Assembly: GCA_964304625.1 (NCBI GenBank)
Contig: OZ199839.1
Span: 9,857,072 to 9,921,071, forward strand
DNA: 64,000 nt
From: Kudoa neothunni
Taxonomy: Eukaryota; Animalia; Cnidaria
Direction of reading: 5' to 3'
In this document: positions 11,674-23,756 of the stretch, one piece after another
Position numbering within the stretch: the stretch's first letter is position 1
Layout: the number at the start of each line of letters is the position of its first letter
Position numbers and translations under genes: made by a program
Notes under the pieces: generated by a model
Told to the model about the DNA's origin: nothing
Database searches by the model: none
What the model saw: only the letters and a program-made list of their open reading frames with translations

Positions 11674-14664
11674 ATGAGAGCATTATTGGCTTTATTAGGA
11701 TTGCTAATAACTTTTTTTAGTATTTTTCTATTTTTGAAACCCTTATTATACTCCAATTAGATAGGGTTAAGTATTCGGTTAATGCAGCTGAAGTAACGAC
11801 TACCGAACCTGCCAAAGTTCTCACCTATCGCATAGCAGACAGTGACAAAGTACATCTGACTTTATCTGGAACAACATATGCCACATCGGGGAAAAAATGC
11901 CTTATAAGAAAGGAAAAGGAAGGTACAGTTGAATTTGACCAGATCAATACATGTCCTAGCAGTGATAGTACACATGGAGGTGGAAAATGTCTTCGTGCTT
12001 GCTCTGGAGATGACATCAAATTGTCGTTTGATAAGCTATCACCCAGAACAAAATATGTCTATGTATTTTCGGGTACTGATGCTAGCACAATGGAAGATAA
12101 AAATAATGGAGGAGATGTGTTTGGGTTGTCTACACGTATTTTACGTAGAATTTACATATAGATTAATTGAGTTTAGCGTTATTGGTGAATCCAATCGTCA
12201 CAATATCCTTACACGATTCAAGTAGATTGAAACTTGCAACTAAAACATGTCCAAAGGTTAATTGTCCTATTTATTACAATGGTGTTAAATACGCCGAAGG
12301 AGGAGCTGCAAGTAATTGTATAACTGATATTGATAATACGGTTGATTTTGACGTGTTGATACCTTATTATGAAATGAAATGTGTAAATTATCCAAGCTTC
12401 TTCTACCATATGCCAAATACATACATGAAAAAAAACACTGATATATATAAACCACAATACTATGTGACCTATAAAGAGGGTGACAACGCAAAGACGAAAT
12501 ATCTCTTAAAGTTTAAAAATGCTTTCCCATCAGAAATTTGTCTTTTTAATGTTAAAGATGCAGCGACTAACGCACCGACAAACACGAATAAATATGAATC
12601 ATCGTGTGGCGGTGAGGTCGGAAAAAAATGTTATGCACCATGTGATAATGTTGAATTGGCGCTTGCTACATCCAAGCCGATCGTGAAAATATTAATTCAA
12701 ACTAGAAACCATAAATTTGGAGTGGATGGGACAAGCGATGATGGTTATGTAGAGAAAAAATTTGGTGAGATTTCAGTGAATTTTAAGTAATCATCACTGA
12801 AGTTTAGCTATCGTTGAGTCTACAAGCGCGAGCACTCTCTTAACAACACATTCTGAGACCGGAGTAACAATTAACAGATCTCTCTATAATCCAACTGTGA
12901 ATAATAACAATGTGAAATTTACGACGTGCGATTTAAAATACTTTCTGGCTGATAAACCAAGAACAACAGCGGGGATGGCCGCCCAATGCCCAAGTGAAGC
13001 TTGTCAAAATGGTTGTTCAGCAAGCACCACTATTGGTGGATTGACTGCAGGAAAAGCATATATAATTGAAATAGCCTCTTCACCTGCTATAAATGATTAT
13101 GCTGAATTTAAAGAATATTTATTTTTCAGAACTAGTAATTTAGCGAAGTTTATTATTATTATTAAAAATAATTTTCAGGTAAAGCTAGCGCGTCAAATTA
13201 CGTTACCATCACTCCCACAACAACCGACATAACGGCTACGTTAAAGGCGATTGACGGTAATGTGGGAACAGCATCAACCGAACCAACATGTGCATATTAT
13301 TTCAGTGAACAAGGAAAAGGAACATTTGTGGAAGCAGAATGTGAAGATAGTAAACCATGCAGAGGATTTTGTAGGGACATCAAGAAATTGATAAATCTAA
13401 ATCCCAAAACAAATTATGATATTAAGGTTGTTTCAAATAAAGACTATGGAATAAAAATATTTGAAAACGTCTCAACAAGTAAAAATATGATATTAAAATC
13501 TCATTTAATCTAATTTACGTTTGATAGCTTTTTCAACCCTCACTCTATCCCACAAGTTTCTCGATAAAGGATTTCGAGTTGTTGGAAGATTAACAACTGC
13601 ATATCCAGAAGCAATATGTCATTATAAACTTAAAGTTAAAAATGGAACTAGTTCAGATGTAGTTTATTCCTGCCCAACAATTGCCCCTTCTCCTCCACAA
13701 GCCAACCCACCCAATACTAATGCTGTTCAATCTTCCACGAATCAAAATTTAGAACAATCTAATTTGATCAGTCATATAAATTCTTCCAATAATAGAGTAG
13801 CAAGAGCGAGTGGCGTAGCTGATATAACTCCAAGTTCATCTACGAACACTCCAACTATAATTTCTCCTACCACGACAACTCAGTCTAAGTTCCCACCATG
13901 CAATAAACCACCTCTATGCAGCAGCATAATAATCAGCGAGGGTTACGAGGCCGATAAAGAATACCAATTATTGGTTACAGCTGTAGACAGATCGGAAGAA
14001 ATTACCATCAATATTCCCAAAAGTACGATATTTATTTATCAAACTATATAAAGTTCTAATATATCACACACAAATAGATGCTCTCCCTGAGAATCCTGAG
14101 GAAGTAGATAAACAAATCACAGTGATTATCGAAAGAGTTGGCGATACTTTAAAAATCACATCATTGCTTCCAAAAGAAAAGAATGAAAATTCATTGTGTC
14201 GATGGATATTGAAAGATATGAACGATCCTTCTTTACCAATAGTGAAAAAGTGTGACACTGTTGGAAGTAGTAGGTGTGCACTTCCAACATGTAAATCATT
14301 CACAATTGAGCGCGTAAGCGATATCAGTGATTATCATTTAACGGTTATTCACTCCCAAGACCCTACAATAAAAGGCGTTGGGAGAATTAAACAAGGTAGT
14401 TAACAATAAATAATAATAATTATTATTATTATTATTTTAATGATCAATATAGGAGAAACTTCTAATCAATCAAAGTAAAATTGTAAAATGATAATATTAA
14501 ATTTGATTTAATTTTAGGGCGAGTACGTCAATGTATTTTTTAATTATTTGAGTATATTTTAATGAGATACCATACATTTTAGGATAATTGGAATTATTGT
14601 TCCGATTGTTATCGTTGTAGTAGCAGTTGGATTGTACTTTGGTTACAAGAAGAATAAATCCTAG
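11674..14664 (+). CDS. Type I membrane protein with Cys-containing FN3-like repeats, copy C
   Basis: Same exon structure as copy B; signal peptide MRALLALLGLLITFF; motifs LINLNPKTNYDIKVVS and IGGLTAGKAYIIEIAS; identical TM and tail; stop TAG at 14662-14664. Confidence 0.88.
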
Positions 14665-15644
14665 GGATCGATCTAAACATCAACTTATTAGTCTTAATAA
14701 AACAATATTATTATTTTTAAAGTTTAAATTTTAGCCTTTCATATAATTCAATTTTTTCAAATAAATACATTATTTATATTCTATTTTGATTTATATAATA
14801 ACTTTTCTGTTAATCTAAGTTAACTCTCAATTTGAAATACTAATAGCAGTTTATCAAAAATATTCCATCCAAAGCATTTCGTATAAAACTGTTATAAAGG
14901 TTTTGAAAATTAATAACCCAATTATATATCAATGATATATTAAAAGAATTCTTTAATTTAGACATGAGAATATTTATCACAGTAAAAAAATCCTTAAAAT
15001 ATATTCCATTCACTATAGACAAATTATATATAATTAATATAATATCGTTATCTCCACATATTTAAAATTAATCATTTCTTGATTTATTGTAATTAATAAA
15101 CAATTCCTACATCATCCAATATTAACTATTATCAGAATATTTTATTTATGGGCACAATAAATAGGACATTCATAGGATACATGACAACAATAGACTAAAC
15201 ATGAAGATTTTTTGTCTTATTATAATGAATGATCTCGCATACGTCAACTTCGGTCACATTCCTTATATAACCAATCATTACAATTATATATAACATAAGC
15301 TGTAAGTAACTTTATATTACAATCTTTCATTCTATTTAAAAACCAAACAATTATTTTTTGAAAAAAACCAATCTTCAATAATTAATTTAACTTATTATAA
15401 AAATAATTTTTTAACATTTATTTTAATCTCATTGCCTTAAATGTCATTGTAACAACCAAATCACATAAAAACAATAATTTACCTACCTAAATAATAAATA
15501 GAATATTGTAATCCCAATTAAAAAATCCAGTAAACATTTTAATCATTAATTTTAAATATAAAATTAAAACATTATGCATTTATATATGAGTTAAATAGCA
15601 CAGTTACCGTTAAACAGTGATCGATGCATCGTGCGTACGCATCT

Positions 15645-16270
15645 ATGGGGGAATCAACGGAGGACTTTCGAAAATCTGTGGACCAACTTAAACAGCTACT
15701 TCTGGAATATAAAAAGGAGATAAATGTAAAGGGCTAAACTAAAACTCTCAATTTTCTTACATCTCGCCCTTTTATATCTCCAATTTTTACCATATAAAAA
15801 TCCATCTTTATTAAATCCCTCCCTAGTTTAACTAAAAATACATTAAATTTGATTTTCTTCGTACAGTAGAACGAAGAATCAAACTAATACAATCAAATTT
15901 TTTTAGAACTACTTCAAAATGATAGTTTCAACGTTGAAGAAGCCTAAAGACGATTTAATGTGGTTTTTATAAGAAATTAACGAATTTAATAATTTATTAT
16001 TTAGTGAAAATAAAGATCAAATAATGAAATCCATATCGAATTCGTTCGATTGTCTTCAACTATTGTACATTCATTATTTGGACACATTGGTATTTAATTT
16101 TATGAGATGATACATTTTTTGTCATATAACAATAGAAAAAGATTCGGAACGAATATCGCCTGCTTAAAATATACAACGACATTGATCACAATGAAATCAT
16201 TGAAAGAAATCAACACATTGAGAAAATAAAAAGTCTAATGAATAACTTATCGCATAATTATACGCAATAA
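15645..16270 (+). CDS. MED22: Mediator subunit 22 (Surfeit-5)-like protein, 4 exons, divergent
   Basis: Exons 15645-15725, 15907-15959, 16005-16089 and 16136-16270 give MGESTEDFRKSVDQLKQLL...LDTLKKIRNEYRLLKIYNDIDHNEIIERNQHIEKIK, resembling the MED22 motif [33 protein letters not shown]. An in-frame upstream ATG exists at 15624. Not in the ORF track. Confidence 0.55.
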
Positions 16271-16291
16271 AAATGAATTTTTGTATAAATA

Positions 16292-16974
16292 TTATTTTTT
16301 GTTATGGAAACGTTCTTTGTTCGCCTGAATATTTTTCCATAATACCGGGAATTGTTGAGGTGCGTGATCTAGCGGCACATCGACGCTCGCGCATCTTTCA
16401 ACCAGATATTTCCGTTTAAACACTATATCATCTACCAATTCGAATCCGAGAACTCTAATAAGATATTTTGAGAGGGTGTCTGTGGTTAGATTGTAATGGA
16501 GCAATTCCAGTTGGTCGTCTTTAGTAATCTAAGTGTGCGCATGCGTATATTTAAAATTCATTTAATACTCAATAGAAATACCACAGTTCGATAATCTTGA
16601 GCAATTCTTCCATTAAGTAATATTCTACCCTCATAGTAGGCAATATGAGCCAATCTATCACCATGGAAATATCAAATAAAAACAAACAACCGAAATAAAA
16701 ATCACAGTCGATGTGTACAAAAGCATCTATCGATAATATCAATTGGTCCATGGTATTGAGTTAAAAATTCGATAGTTCCCTGGTAGGGTGTAAGATTGGG
16801 ATGAAACGCGGTGTCGAAATTTGGAAATAAATAATAAGCCCTAGCCATTCGCTTGGGTTCATGAAAATTTAAATATGCATGTTCTTTGTAGATTTTTTTG
16901 TAGTCGAAAAGAGTTTCTCTATGGAGAAAGCGTTTTGATTGGTTGAATATAGGCGTTAAGCTAATGCGTGACAT
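16292..16974 (-). CDS. MTRES1: Mitochondrial transcription rescue factor 1 (C6orf203)-like S4-domain protein, 3 exons
   Basis: Presequence-like MSRISLTPIFNQSKRFLH; spliced core HRLLAHIAYYEGRILLNGRIAQDYRTVITKDDQLELL...LIRVLGF...KYLVERCASVDVP matches the MTRES1 pattern RNKVEDAFYKGELRLNEEKLWKKSRTVKVGDTLDLL...RWKSLKLP. Confidence 0.72.
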
Positions 16975-16990
16975 ACTTAAAATTATATGA

Positions 16991-17006
16991 ATACGCATGC
17001 GCACAC
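16991..17006. promoter_or_regulatory. NRF1-like palindrome (TACGCATGCGCA) in the 71-bp divergent promoter of MTRES1-like and TOM20
   Basis: One mismatch to the NRF1 consensus TGCGCATGCGCA; a GC-rich motif in very AT-rich DNA; exact inverted 16-bp copy at 16533-16548. Confidence 0.55.
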
Positions 17007-17045
17007 AACCCTATTTAGATTTGCAGTCAACGTGCTAACTCAACT

Positions 17046-17704
17046 ATGATCAAAAAAATCCTACTGACACTAACATTTGGATCGTTGGTTGGGTTTGTGT
17101 CGTATTGTATAGCATTTGATAGAAAAAGGCGATCGGATCCTGATTATAAAAAGAAAGTGCGCGAACGTACATCAAATGACACTCCTTTGAAAACGCTAAC
17201 GTTGGTTTTTAGGAAGAAATAAGAAAAATCAACCAACAAACCCTTTCTCCGAATTCAACGTATGCAAAAATTTCACGTTGTTATCAGCAAATAATTTGGA
17301 CCTGTGTGTAGATCTCATTGAGAGATAATATGGAAAAGAAACGAGAATTTTTCTTCCAACAAATGCAACTTGGTGAAGAATGCTTGTCGATTGGTAGTTG
17401 AATTGTTCATTTGTGATTGTTATCGTTTGGTATAGGAAAATTTGAGGAAGCTGCCGATCACTTTAGTAACGCGGTGATTTTTTCCAATCAACCACAATCT
17501 ATTCTCAGTTTTGTTGGTTCACGTCTACCACCTGTTATTGCCAATATGATCTACGAATTGTTTGAGGAGAAAACAAGACAAAATGCTGTTTACGAAAAAT
17601 TCATGACTGCCCAAGAGAAAAAAAATTCCACCAATAACAACAACATTAATGACACTCCTATTGAATCATCTACTATAGATAACATTATAATAGATATTGA
17701 TTAA
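17046..17704 (+). CDS. TOMM20: Mitochondrial import receptor TOM20, 4 exons
   Basis: N-terminal anchor followed by SYCIAFDRKRRSDPDYKKKVRE, FFFQQMQLGEECL and EEAADHFSNAVIFSNQPQSIL...LPP, all diagnostic TOM20 motifs. Confidence 0.96.
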
Positions 17705-19179
17705 ATTTATCTTTGGGTATTAATAAATAGTTGAATTTTTATTTAATTATTTTCCCTAATATTTTCTAAATGTCTCTTTGATGTTTCAACTCGTCGTTTT
17801 AAACAATAAAAGTTATCGTATTTAGTTTTTAAGATAAAAATTTTTGCGTTGCAAAATGGCACGTTTTCAATAGTTTATGTTAACGTTAGGATGTCGCTGT
17901 CGAATTTTGATATATTGTTTATTTAATTATTTTTAATGGTTTAAAATTGACTGTATTATTATCAGTAACGTTAGACTTTCACTGTAATAAGATTGCTGTA
18001 GCTAATATTCATAAAACAAGTAATCTGCTTAAAGATAAGAGTAATTTGTGTGTATGAAGATGTAATTTATTATTATCTTGGGGATTTCAATAAAATAAAG
18101 TATTACCCTTTAATCATCACTTATTATAGTCCCTCAAGTATTTTCTAACTGTAACGTTTTTAAGATGTATTTTATTCATCAGGGAAATATCACGTGATTT
18201 TATATAAGTTGAATGGTTGCATACAAATATTAAATTGTACGAATTATGCTTTATGCATGTATGTATGTATACAAAAATTTTAAAAATATGTATCATTGTT
18301 TTTAGGAGTTTAACAATATTAGAAAAGTTTTATATATTAAATCCATTTTGGCGAGATAAAAATATGTAATGAAATTTGTAGAAATAAATATTTTTTAATC
18401 CTTAAATAATATCAAATTCTAAATAATCTCTTGAAGTTTATAATCCATATTTTCATAATGTAAAAACTCGTTGTTGTGTGCGTGCGCGCATATTTGTACA
18501 ATACCCCAAATTACTAATTTTTAAAATGTTAAAATATTATAAAACATTCGTAATTTCTATATGTTGTTTAACTTATCCAATTTATCAGTATAAAAATCCA
18601 CCTTTCATGCATTATTTAGGAAATTCAGGGGCCATTTACGACTTATTTGATTAATTTTTTAAATAAAGTGAATAGATTAGAATGAGCTAGCTAGATCAAA
18701 CTTCGAATTTAAAGGCAAATTCCACATTTTTACTGCATTCAATATCAGATCAATTATTTTAATGTTTATAATGCACCTGAGTTTGTTTCAATTTATTGAA
18801 TTCTCAAGTCATATGATCTAAGGGTAGAAAACCAAGGATGTCAAAAATTTCATATATAAATGAAAATAAATTTTTTACTCTTTTTTGTCAATCATAATTT
18901 GTCAATCTCCGCAAAATGACTTAAATTAAAGGGACAACGAATTAATGTCATTCAGAAACTTTGTATAGGATTGATATGATTGATAGTCCAAAATTTTAAT
19001 AATAGTATCTAGCAAAAAAAGTTTTTTTTATAATTATAGACATTTATTGTAACCCTCTTAATTTTATACAATCCTCAGTTTATAGTTTATAGTTTAATGG
19101 AATATTTATTCACAGATTTTTTTTGATATTTTAAAAATATATTATTATTTATATTAATTTCTAAATGGAAGTTTGATTT

Positions 19180-20029
19180 CAACCTATTTTACATACCAAA
19201 ATCTAACAAATAATTTTGCGCCGCATATGCGTCCGTGTGCAAGTTTCTATTGTGTAAGCATGCATTCCTTTGTGAAAAGTAGCGAGGATAGAATTGACAC
19301 TCATGAAAATTAAACATCCGGCCTAGTGTACTTGAAGGAGATTGGCAGCGATGAGAATGATGAAAATCTCATGTGTGGTGAAATTGACGATTCGCTTGTA
19401 GACAAAAATAACAATTTATCGAGTGCAATCAAACCAAAGAAAACCAAGGCAACGTGGCGGAAGAAAATAAAATCAATCCTCTTCAAGGTGTGACTATGTA
19501 CGCCACAAAAAGGATCTTTAGTATTGCAGAGTGTTTTCATCATTTCTTCCCAATGGAAATAATGGAACGAACATTTAATATACCATCAATGCGATAAGAA
19601 TTATTATGAAAATAACTGGAAGATGTTTATGTTGATGAAATGTTTGGGTGCGACGAAGGTAGGAGTATATACAAAGATCTTTTTTCCTTGTACAAATTCA
19701 AGCAGCTAAACGATAAATTTTCCCCAATTAGAGAAATATGGGACATTAGGGTTAATGTGGCGAGTAAAAATGATTACCACGGAGAAAATATACGTCGTAA
19801 TGAACAATTTGGTTTCTTTTAGGCATTATATAAAATAATCGGTCGTCCTATTTATATTGGAACAGTGCATATAGGTACATACGTTAGGAAAAACAAAACG
19901 AACAATTATAATTTTGTAGATTAATAGAAAACACTATTATTAAACAAAGTCACCAAAAAAACTCTGGGGTCCAAATGGGCCCCAGTTATATTCCGAGGGG
20001 ACCTGATCAATCGTTACGTAGAAGGTTAA
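19180..20029 (+). mobile_element. piggyBac remnant (internally deleted)
   Basis: Fragment DKFSPIREIWD...YHGENIRRNEQFGFF resembles the piggyBac DEQLV.F.G region; the end reads ...GAAGG-TTAA with subterminal palindrome CTGGGGTCCAAATGGGCCCCAG. Left boundary is approximate. Confidence 0.65.
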
Positions 20030-22162
20030 GAAAAAATACAATTATTTTGTCCATTGAACGAGAACGAGAATTTTACTAATAAAATTTTTTCAGTCTAAAA
20101 GTTAAAATGGCAGACTCAATCAGAGATATTTTTAGTAATTTTTTCTACTTTCTTATTTTTATTATATTATTTATATTCCCTCAAAATCCGCCTTTCATAC
20201 TATTTTAGCTCTGATGAGCATGCGATAAAAATGATTTCCCATTTACAAATATTTACTGGCTACTTTATCATGTTATTTCCTGAAGGTGTTCTACGTCAAG
20301 AAAAATGCGAGGATTATAATAATTAATGTAAACGTATTGAGGAGAATTTTTTTTCTTCAAATACTTTCGCGCATCCTATAATTTAGATGGGTTCATAATT
20401 ATATTGTAAAGTGAGAAAAATCGGTTACCTACTGTACTCTTATTTATTATATGCGAAATTATAAGCGCCATGTTATCAATACTATCATTCTCATTGATCA
20501 TCATCATCATCATCATGTGTGCGCGTAGTTCTAAAAGCTAACGAACGTTTGCATTACATTATTACACTATACTCTTAACTTTTTGGACTATATTTCACGT
20601 AAAAGTCGTCATATTTCATTACTTAAAAAATTAAAACATTTTTATCTATCAATTGTCAATATTTTTGTGTAGTAATTTATTAACCTGCTACAAAAATTTA
20701 GTATAGATTTATCATCTAAAGCAGCGCTTCCCGATTCATTTCAGTTTCCGTACCTCCTACCACTTACGAGGACAACCTCAGACTCCATCTCAAAAAAGAG
20801 ATTTAAAATGGATTTATTTTTATATGGGGAAATATTTTTAAATTACATTAAAAAGAAAACAAATGTGAATAAACCATAATTTCTAAGTGAACTGGACATG
20901 TTAAAATTTTGCATGTTTGTCTTTAATTATAAATTTAAATTACTTAAGCTTGACATTAGTAAGATTTTAATTCTTACTTGCCTATGGTTTTCTTAAAAAT
21001 AATAAATAATACAATTAATAGTGATTCAACTCATTTAAAAACACCCTACAAGTAGTTTATATTCCCCAGTAATAAGTAAATATTTCATAATTTTTTACGC
21101 TGTACTATTTAAAATGTCAACTAAACAATTTATTTACGAATAAATAAAAAATAGTGGATATAAAACATAAATTAATTTTCAGTAAAATTCATCAAATGAC
21201 TATTTGTTTATCAGGCTTATTTCAGCTTCGATCACGCATGAATCGCACATGATATATTTTATCATATACTTCAATTTCAATAGTAGTAGTTCTTGAAAAC
21301 TTAGATCGCATTTTTAACAATAATCAACGAATCCACTTATTAAAATATTGAATTAACAACACAAACCTATTTTTATTAGTAAAATATAAAGTTTTAGTTT
21401 ATAAATTTTTTTTAACCTATTTGACGTTTTGTTTATAGAGTTATATCTTTTTTATTGTAAAGGATTACATCATGATATTTTAAATTAGTTCATTTTGATA
21501 TTTTATTTGACTAAGCATGTTATGAAACTTATAAAAAAATTAATTTTACTATATTTGTTAGATTTAAATAATAAACAACTATCAAAATAAGTAATAATAT
21601 TTTTAGCCCGAAATTTATCTATAGCATTATTGTCAATAAATAAACATAGAGTACATGCGACTAAAATTATTGTAAGTTTAATATTTAAATCTTTATTAGA
21701 CAATGATTAAACTTTATTTTCCCTTTAAAAAATATTTTTCAACAAAATTTAAGCAAAATTAATAATGTTTTGAACCAATAATTACACACATGAACAACCT
21801 ACGTTTATTTTCTGTGTCTGTCATAGTTGCATCATTAAATGTCTATAATTGGGAAAAATCAGTTATTTAATTTCAAAGTTCTTAGATATTAGTTGAAGGC
21901 GCATGTTGAGTATTAACGACTCCTAAATCAATTACACGATCTACGATCGTACACGCACGTGTTTTTGAGTTGCAATTCGGCGTTATCTAGGCGTACACAA
22001 AAATACACCACGGTGCTTATAACAAATTCTGAAAAATGACCCTAAAATAGTACATTTGTGCTATCTATTAAAATTAAAACGTCGAGACACATTACTATAA
22101 GTAAGTGACTATGGCACTGGATCATAATGTTCGGTTTTTTGTAGTTCTTTTATGTTTAATTA

Positions 22163-22823
22163 CTAGCGCGAACTGTCCAGCGTTGCTTGGGAAGATTTCG
22201 CGTATAGATGTTTTTATTAGCATTCAAAGAATATACTGAAGTTTCGAATTAACTAATAGAAACAAAATAACTAAAAATTTTTAAGCATCATATTTTCAAC
22301 CATTTAAAATAGCGAAATTGAAATTCTGGTCATTCGGTGTGCAGGCAGGGAAGTTCTAATCCCAGCGTTCATTTAGAAATTTTGAGGCCCGTCACCAAAA
22401 CTAAGTAATTTAACGTCAATTGTCATATTTAATTTGCATCCCAAAAGTATTTCAATTCCCTTAAACTGCTATTTAAAACGCGATTTTTCAAAGTCGCATT
22501 CTGATCCGACTCAGAAAACTCGAGCACAACTATTCAGGCGAGATAAAAAAATATATAGAGATAGAAGAAAACATAAGAAAATTAATTTTTATTGTTAAAT
22601 AAATATCCTTTTGCTGGGGGATAAACATTAATGCGCGTTTTCCCACAAACGACCACAAATCGTGTCAATATCAACACAATTAATTTAAATAATTGGGTGA
22701 AATAAAAGTACAACCATCCGCATTGAATTTTTGAATTAGATCGATGTAATTTTAACGCTCTCCACAAAATACGTTATTCATGAAACATATAAAGATTTTT
22801 TATCATATCTTAAACCATTAATA
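22163..22823 (-). mobile_element. Non-autonomous Helitron, 3' portion (same family as 27100-28062)
   Basis: Reverse complement ends CCCAAGCAACGCTGGACAGTTCGCGCTAG followed by T; long homology to 27380-28062. Confidence 0.75.
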
Positions 22824-22930
22824 CAGTGTTTCCAACGTGGGGCGTGGAAAATCCTGAGTATTGTTGTGACACGGATAATAGTGGGATAATTGGGCATTAT
22901 GATGTATTTTGATGTCAATATCGCTTATTT
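22824..22930 (+). mobile_element. hAT-type MITE end fragment truncating the Helitron
   Basis: CAGTGTTTCCAACGTGGGGCGTGGAAAATCCTGA matches the ends at 38991 and 45360 in reverse orientation. Confidence 0.6.
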
Positions 22931-23756
22931 ATGAATGATTATTAACATTTTAAAAACAAAAAAGCAATGAATTATTATAAAAAAATTAATAACAATATTT
23001 AACGTGCCCCTTACCCGAATAGAATCAGAGTGGTTTGATCTTATTCTTGTTTCATTTAGACTAGTTTAATCCTTTTTTTGATTAAACCGATGTAATGTTG
23101 ATTAATTTTGTAGTTATACTCTTTATTTTCAGCTAGTTTAGCCCCGTATACGCTAAAGTCTTTCCTAATGAAGATTGGATTACCACGAGGTTTCATTGGA
23201 CGCTGTCTTTGTCGGAATGAAAAACTAAAGATGTTAATTTTTAAGGTATTTTGACAAATTAAGTTAATAAAGTCAATATTTTTGAAAAAGTGTGTGAACA
23301 CTGCATTAAGTAAAACCTTCAAAAGGTGTGTATTAACTCAAATACGTTCAAAACTCCACAAATAAGGAGTGTATTTGCACAAGCATCCAAATAGAAACGT
23401 CAACCTTATACATAAGGATAGGTGGCATCGCTTAATTTAAATTTGATAAAACATTGTGATTTTTAAACAATTTTCATAAATGTTTTATACGTTATATATG
23501 TAGTAGAAGTAGATAGTAAATATTGTCTATTTCAACGAGATCTGACATAGTGTTATAATTCGTAGCTCCAAAACTAATTGATTTCGTATCAGAATATTTA
23601 ATAATACAGCAAAAAACTTTAAAAAATGTATGCATATAGATCAATTCAATATACATTTCAAATAGAAATTTTGATTTGCGACAGAATGCGAAAAAATAAA
23701 CAAAATTATAACCGTGAATTGTGAACAATTCCGAAAAGGATAACAAATTAAAAATA

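Noticed and set aside
9562-14303. Identical 79-aa antisense ORFs (9562-9801 and 14064-14303)
   Set aside because: Shadow of the identical sense exons; no independent coding evidence.
16292-16974. RluA/RPUSD2 pseudouridine synthase
   Set aside because: The S4-like segment resembles it, but there is no HRLD catalytic domain and the protein ends shortly after; MTRES1 fits better.
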